Positions 56,765 to 64,000 of a stretch of DNA of 64,000 nucleotides are shown one piece after another. The notes under the pieces were generated by a model. It did no database searches. It was not told where the DNA came from and saw only the letters and a list, made by a program, of their open reading frames with translations. How positions within the stretch are numbered: the stretch's first letter is position 1; every line of letters begins with the position of its first letter. The stretch comes from the human T2T-CHM13v2.0 reference genome, Homo sapiens. The DNA is taken from assembly GCF_009914755.1 (NCBI RefSeq), contig NC_060936.1; one strand, written 5' to 3'. A program made the position numbers and the translations under genes.

Positions 56765-57317
56765 TGTTACAGGAAAGGGGTCCCAATCCAGACCCCAAGA
56801 GAGGGTTCTTGGATCTTGTGCAAGGAGGAATTCAGGGCGAGTCTGCAGTGCACAGTGAAAGCAAGTTTATTAAGAAAGTAAAGGAATAAAAGAATGGCTA
56901 CTCCATAGACAGAGCAGTCCCGAGGGCTGCTGGTTGCCCATTTTTATGGTCATTTCTTGATGATATGCTGAACAAAGGGTGGATTATTCATGCCTCCCCT
57001 TTTTAGACCATATAGGGTAACTTCCTGATGTTGCCATGGCATTTGTAAACTGTCATGGTACTGGTGGGAGTGTAGCAGTGAGGACAACCAGAGGTCACTC
57101 TCGGCGCCATTTTGGTTTTGGTGGGTTTGGCTGGCTCCTTTACTGCAAACTGTTTTATCAGCAAGGTCTTTATGACCTGTATTTTATGCTGACCTCCTTT
57201 CTCATCCTGTTACTTAGAATGCCTTAGCCGTCTGGGAATGCAGCCCAGTAGGTTTCAGCCTCATTTTACCCAGCTCCTATTTAAGATGGAGTTGCTCTGG
57301 TTCACACACATCTGACA
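56765..57317 (-). mobile_element. MER41A solo LTR (ERV1)
   Basis: Minus strand TGTCAGA..GAACCAGAGCAACTCCATCTT...GGGACCCCTTTCCTGTAACA, 553 bp, TG..CA ends, 4-bp TSD taaa; lacks the GAS-containing insert of MER41B. Confidence 0.88.
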
Positions 57318-57697
57318 TAAATGGGCAATTTTCTAGTTTACATTGCAGTGAGCTGGAAATGAAGCAAAATCTTTCCAATGCATAATTCAGGCTAACTTTT
57401 AACTTAAATTCACAGGTAGGGTAAATGGCCCATTTCATTAATGATTTACAAACGTCTGCATGCCTCCTTATCTAAATTGCCAAAATACCTTTATATTTCA
57501 CTGCCCGATATCACATTATAAATTGTAAATATATGACTTATCTATTCATTAGATTTCCAGAACTCTTATTCTAGGGCAAACAAGAAAGCAATAAAATCCA
57601 TGTTGAATTTTAGCTCATATTTCTCCTTATTGTTCAATTTCATTCATTCGTTCAACAAGTATCTATTGAATGCTTACTGTGTGCCATGTATTGTTAA

Positions 57698-58017
<320 letters not shown>

Positions 58018-61000
58018 GTAACATGTGTTTTAAGGTGTTTATTTTCTAAATAGCTTAAATCTTAACCACCAATTTATTTTTTTCTTCTATATGTGTTGGT
58101 AATTGTGGCCTAGATAAAAGCTCTAGCAATTGTAGTGACAGGACAAAATATAAAAATTCTCAGGGCTATTTAAATTATAAACAGATTTTAAGAAGCACTG
58201 TGTGGTGTTTCTGTTATCCTTCTGCTTTCCAAGAGAATATATCTGCATCCTGAAATCTAATCACATTTACTTCAGGCAGAGTTGCTTTTGGAAATTCAGG
58301 CTTTGCCCATATTGTCTTTGTTGTATAAACAACTTAGCTTCCCTTTCTCCCTTTTGTTCTAGAATTATTTAGTACTAATTATAGATTGAGAATATCCAGG
58401 GTCAGGAAGACCTAGTCCAGGTCTAGGGAGAATCCAGGTTCAGGAAGAGAGGAGAGCATGGGCTTGGTTAGGGACATATTAAGCCTATGACACCAATTAA
58501 GACAACAAATGGAGATGTCTAATATGCAGTTAGTCCACCAAAATTATATTCTTATTTCTTAAGTTTTTCAAACTGCCATGGAATAGTCCCTTTTTCATTA
58601 TCTCAACCATGACAAATTTCTCATATTTATCACTCCCAATACATTTAAAAGGTGTTAGCTAGAGTGTGTTTCTCACTTATTCCTCATACTATCTAATTCT
58701 TAAAGCTCTTAACTATATAAAATGCAGGCCATAAGCCATGGAGTTTTCACTCATCCTTATTTTTAATTCACTTGCTAGATTATCAAATTCAAATTCTCTT
58801 CTATTAGAAATCTTTGCCTCACTAACTGGAAGAAGCTCAAGTCTTGATTCCTTTATGCAATCCTTCCAATCCAACCCCAGTTTACAGATGTGTGCCTTTT
58901 TCCAGGATAAATTTGGAAACCTTCCGAAATATCACAGATATGACCAACTTTTGAAGGATCTTCTATTGTGGTTATGTAATCTGTGTCACATAAACACAAC
59001 TCTTAAAATTTCAAAGAGAACAGTCCACTGGAAACAACCTTTTTGATTCTTCTTACTACCAAACAGGCTAGATTACGTAGCCCATGAAGCCAGTTTACAG
59101 AAATGAATTTGTAAAGAAAATCGCTTTTAAAGAATCAACTGAAGAGAGGTTAGTTTAGTGGCCTCACAGACTTCATTAAAAACAAATCTTGCTCCTGATT
59201 TGGCAGGGATTTTCAAACTATTCTGATTCAAGAACCACTTGTGAAGGTCAAAAGCACAATTTACTAGCCTCATTGGCTATAAAAAGAAACAAAACATGAC
59301 CCCCAGTGGGGTAAAGGCTTCTGATGAGACACTAGCATTAAATTGCTAACTCATGCCAAAAACAAAAGTATAAAGATTGGAATCTAGGTCAGTAGTGATT
59401 AATCCGAGGAACAGGCTGGAATGAAACAACCTAAGGACCCTACTTGGGGAAGCATTAAATGTCATAAATAAAAATGGCCATTAGATGAATTTACAGCCCA
59501 AATTAGGAAAGTTTTTCTATCAGTTACTTGCATACAGAACTTAGGAAATTTATGGAAGACGTGACAGTGACTTCCAAAATCGATAGAAAAATTAGTACAT
59601 GTTTGAAAACAGACTTTGGGTCAAAGTGTTTCTTTTCAAAATAGGGGTGGGAGTTGGGGATGTGTTACCCTCTAAAATCTTCCATAGTAATTTCCTCCTG
59701 AGAAAAGAAATTCATTTCATTTTAGTGTTCCTATCATGTTTTTGAGAATTTCCATCCTCATTTTCTGTTCTGAGAGCATGGTTTAGTAAATAGTCCTCAG
59801 ACCCAATAAACATATCAACAGAGAATTTTTTAGCAAGTTAATCAAAATATGAGGAAAACAATGGGATATGCTTGAAATAACAAGTCACTTGATTACTTAA
59901 TTAGGTTAACAAGACTGCCACAAATTGAAACCCTGTCGTTTTTTAAAACCTCGGTCGAAAATATTTCTGGGTAATGATTCAAGGAATGAAGAAAATTGGC
60001 CTTTTTGAAGGTTACCAAAATGTACCAGCTGTGTACCATTCCAAGGAGTCCTCTGAGAACCCTGAAAATACATACGGGTTTTTGTTAATCATTTTAAAAT
60101 CTCAAAGAGCAGTCTGTGCTACACAATAATACACGAAATCCACATGAAGCCTCCCGGTATTTTATGGCAAGTCCTACTTAGGCCAAGCTTTTTGGATTTG
60201 CTTCAGATCTTTATTTCCAAGCTCAGTAGCAAACTCCTGAAAGCTTTGATTTCAAATAAACATCTCCATTTTGTCTTTTGCCTCTTCATGTAGTAATCGT
60301 GTATATGTTTATATACTGAAGAATCAATCATCCAATAGAAATCTAGCTTTGATAACTATGTTTACTAAGAGGATACTAAAATTACCCATAAGGTAATTTA
60401 AGGGAATTCATTACCCAAATAAAAGACTATGAGCATAAAAAACTATAGATATTGCTGAGAGTTTACTTACTGTGCTTAATACTTCACATGTACTATTACG
60501 ACTAATTTGCCTTCTTGAAAAGATGAGGAAACAAGCCTAAGGAAATTAAATAATTTGCTGAAGGTTACACCCGAGAGCAAGCAACTGAACCAATCATCTA
60601 ACCCAGGCCTTCTAACTCCATTTGGGTCATCTTTTCTGATTTGTGGCTCTAAAACCCCCTTTCCAGAAACAATCTGACATTTTTAGAAACCTTCTTTTAG
60701 AATTGACGTATTTTACTGAAAAAGATTCCATTTCTTTTGAAGATTAACCAGAGATTTTAAAGCTAATCTTGGCTTTTCTTTCAACATTTCTTCACCACTG
60801 CCACCCCCACCAAAAAATAAGAGAAAATGCAGTTTCTGTCATTTAGATATTTTGAGAAAATATTAACTGCAGAAACAAATTAGCATGCTCTGAAAAACAA
60901 GTCCCAGAGTTTAGAGAGACTCTGACAAAGATGCAATTTGAGTGTGTTCCTCAAGCACATTCATTGCCATTTATACCTTATTCACAATCAGCAAATCTGG

Positions 61001-61019
61001 CTGTGCCTGGGATGAAGAA

Positions 61020-61317
61020 TTTTTTGTTTATTTATTTTAGAGACAGAACTTTGCTCTGCCACCCAGGCTGCTGCATCCTAGGTGATGTAGCCTGCTACAT
61101 GATCATAGCTCACTGAAGCCTCGAAACTCCCCTCTTGCCTCAGCCTCCCAAGTAGTCGGGACTACAGATACACACCACCCTGCTCTGCTAATTTTTTTAA
61201 TACATGGGGGTCTCACTATATTGCCCAGGCTGGTCTCAAACTCCTGGCCTCAAGCAATCCTTCCACCTCAGCCTTCCAGGTATCTGGGATTGCTGGCATG
61301 AGCCATCATGCCCAGCT
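61020..61317 (-). mobile_element. AluJ (diverged, with indels)
   Basis: Alu dimer remnants. Confidence 0.82.
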
Positions 61318-62375
61318 AAACAAGTTCTTCCCTAAAAGTGAAGAGGGCTTGTTTAAAAGGACTGTAATAAGCTTCCCTTGCAATTCCCCAAGTGGACTTT
61401 GCAAAATGTCCTCCTCCCCTCAATTCTTCCACCTCCTAGAAACACCTATTCATGCCTTCTTCCTTCCTGGAAGCCCTAGGAGTTTCCTGGGGTTCCTTGA
61501 GCTATGGCAACCCCATATGTATGATTCCAAATTTAGACAGAGGAGTGTAACCTGTGTCCTAGTGTGCAAGCCCAGGAAAGAGAATTAGCACCAATATGTG
61601 ATACTAAACACTTGACAATCTTTCCCTCATTTAATTCCTACGACAAAACTAGGTAATACTGTCATTATCAACAATTTGCAGATAGGGCTTAGAGACTCTG
61701 AAATCTGAAGTCCATGCCTTTGGCTACTCCACCATAATTTCTCCTAGGATTTAGTAGTTTTTATTCCTTGAAACATTGGCAACGAATGGCCTACTATATT
61801 ATTATGCTGAATTCCCTGATTCCTACTTTAAAACACAACCATTTCCATTTTCGAAAGATTATAGATCCATCTCTTGCTTGCCTGAAAGTAACACATTCTT
61901 TCTTCAAAGGTAAAACTGTACACCTAAACTTTGTAAAACTCTGTAGTTGAGACTGTCTCAAGTTCCTGTTGAATCAGATAATTGTTATCAGATCCCCTTG
62001 AAAAAGATAAAAGGACCACCACTGTTACAAAGTACAGAGCAACAAAAGCCAAGGCCCAGTTAACAGCACTTCATTGAAATGCAAGAGGCATCTCTGTGTA
62101 CTTACTTCCCATCTTAGACACAGGAGAGCAGGGGGTTTGAAGGATTTGAATTCTGAATTTCTGTTAGAATAACATCTGCCAAGAATAAGCCCTGAATGTA
62201 CTACTTTTACCTGTAGAGAAAAATGAGCTTATCACTCAGGTCTTTGTCGAGATAATACCTACACCTGTTGTCAGGCTAAAGATTTAGATAGTCCTGGATG
62301 AAATTCCAGGTCTGCTGTGTGAGTGTTAGGGAGCATGGTTGAGCTACAAATTGCGTGGAAGCAAGCTGATTTTAA

Positions 62376-62389
62376 GTTGCCATGGCAAA
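62376..62389. promoter_or_regulatory. RFX X-box motif
   Basis: GTTGCCATGGCAAA, 13/14 match to the palindromic consensus GTTGCCATGGCAAC. Confidence 0.5.
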
Positions 62390-63715
62390 GAAAATGCAGA
62401 GAATGAGCAGCTTTTACATTAATGTTTTCTACATCTTGTTAGGATAGGATTGTCCAGCTGAGGGGTGCTTTTTTTGTGCTTCTACTGACATGAACAGATA
62501 AAATAATAAACACTAATTATAGAGTATTATAATGATTTCTGGGCTTGCCTCAGAGGGGCGTCTATCTGGCTAGGTAATTACTTCCCTGACAGATAGGTTT
62601 TTACGTGAGAATGGAGCATGATGAGCCTAGTTTATTGCCTGCTGATGAGACCACGGGGGAGGAAGGTCATGCGGTATGCTTATTAAGACCATTTTAGTCA
62701 ACGTGTTTTTCAATCAGTCGTCAGGGTACCCACCCCTGGTTAAAGAAACGCTACAGATGAAAATGACACAGTGATTCTCAGTCGTGCGAGTCTGTTGCTT
62801 TAGGGAAGTGACTAAATGGTAAGAGACTTCTCAGGTTGAAGTGGAAGGCATTTCTTGAAAATATGATGCCTTTGCCTATAATGCTCTAAAGTTGATCCCT
62901 AGTGTGAAAGAGAGTGCTGCTTTCTGTATGATACTTCATTCCCTGAAAGACTATTTTCCCCAGCTAAGTCAGATTCAAGTTCCTACACAATTCTGGATAA
63001 TGTTTAGGAGGTATCCTGACTTCAAGGAATTTATATTCAAAAATACACAAACACATGCACTCTTCTCCCTTCTCCCGTAACCTAATTGAGTTTGCCAGGA
63101 AAAAGGGGCAATGATTTTTTCCCCTTGTTATTTACTAATAGATAATAAAGAATATATACTAGGGGTAAAAAAGACAGAAAATCAGAGAGTCCAGAGAGGA
63201 AAGGAAGTTAAAAAAAAGAAAAGAAAAACTAAATGAAGCTTTTACAAAAATGCGATAGTGTACACGTACTGCCCTTCTTGAAATGATCCATCTTATTAAA
63301 TGATGTGGTTTCAGTGCTTACCTCTTAGTCCTGCTACACCTATGGGAATTTGGAAGAAAGCTAGGTTTTTCACTTTTTAAATGATGGCAAATGTTACGTG
63401 CTCCAAACGCTGAGTAGAGATTCTTGGATTGTGATGAAATATAAAAATATAGTGCAGTCCCCACTTTGAATTACTAAACAAACTCAAATATTGTAAAAAG
63501 GCAGGCATTTCTTGACTGCTCATACAACATAAACTTTTCTCCCAAGTAGTCTGTGTCGTGTGTGAAACTGTAGATAATAAATCTAGGCTTGTTTGCCATG
63601 TCTTCTATGAATGCTCGAAGGAAGTTTATCCACACCTAAACGTAACTGTTGAAATATTTATTGGCATGACATGCTAATAGAGGCCTTATAGTGCTTTGTG
63701 GAACAGACACATATA

Positions 63716-64000
63716 CAGTCACGTGGGATACAGGTATGTTTTGAGAAATGCACAGTTAGGCAATTTCATCATTGTTGTGTGAACTTCATAGAGTGTATTT
63801 GCACAAACCTAGGTGTTGTAGCCTGCTACATACCTAAGCTATAGGGTATAGCCTATTGCTCCAAGGCTACAAACCTTTAGAGAATATTATTGTACTGAAT
63901 ATTGTAAGCAGTGGAAACACAAAGGTAAGTAAGTATTTGTGTATCTAAAGATAGAAAAGGTACATTTAAAACACATCATTATAATCTTACAGGACCACCA
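63716..64000. mobile_element. Tigger3/MER7-type MITE (runs off the window end)
   Basis: TA-cagtcac start; homologous to 37981-38294 and in the same orientation. Confidence 0.85.

Noticed and set aside
59273-59287. ATTGG adjacent to TATAAAA as a promoter
   Set aside because: Spacing does not fit a CCAAT/TATA promoter, and such motifs are common by chance in AT-rich DNA.

Overview
AT-rich, repeat-dense primate (human-like) genomic DNA. It is almost entirely intronic sequence of SYT1 (synaptotagmin-1, + strand). The window holds one 118-nt internal coding exon (34132-34249, [39 protein letters not shown]), the start of the C2B domain. The introns carry about 14 Alus, two 5'-truncated L1PA copies, MER41A, LTR16 and MLT1 LTRs, DNA-transposon relics (Tigger3, MER58B, MER81, MER5A), MIR/L2 fragments and microsatellites. 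Most entries in the ORF track are repeat artefacts. Main discovery: a ~2-kb fossil on the minus strand (about 17203 to 15250). Read across its frameshifts, it encodes a ZCCHC3-like (Tx1/L1-clade ORF1-type, CCHC zinc-knuckle) module, apparently twice in tandem. It has a splice acceptor and Kozak ATG upstream and no recognisable ORF2, so it is a candidate dead domesticated-retroelement gene nested antisense in SYT1. Other notable signals are an in-frame competing 5' splice site inside the SYT1 exon, a compound inverted/tandem repeat hairpin 2.4 kb downstream of the exon, a duplicated POU-octamer cluster and an RFX X-box in a CpG-retaining patch. Protein and repeat-family comparisons are from remembered sequences; no database search was run.
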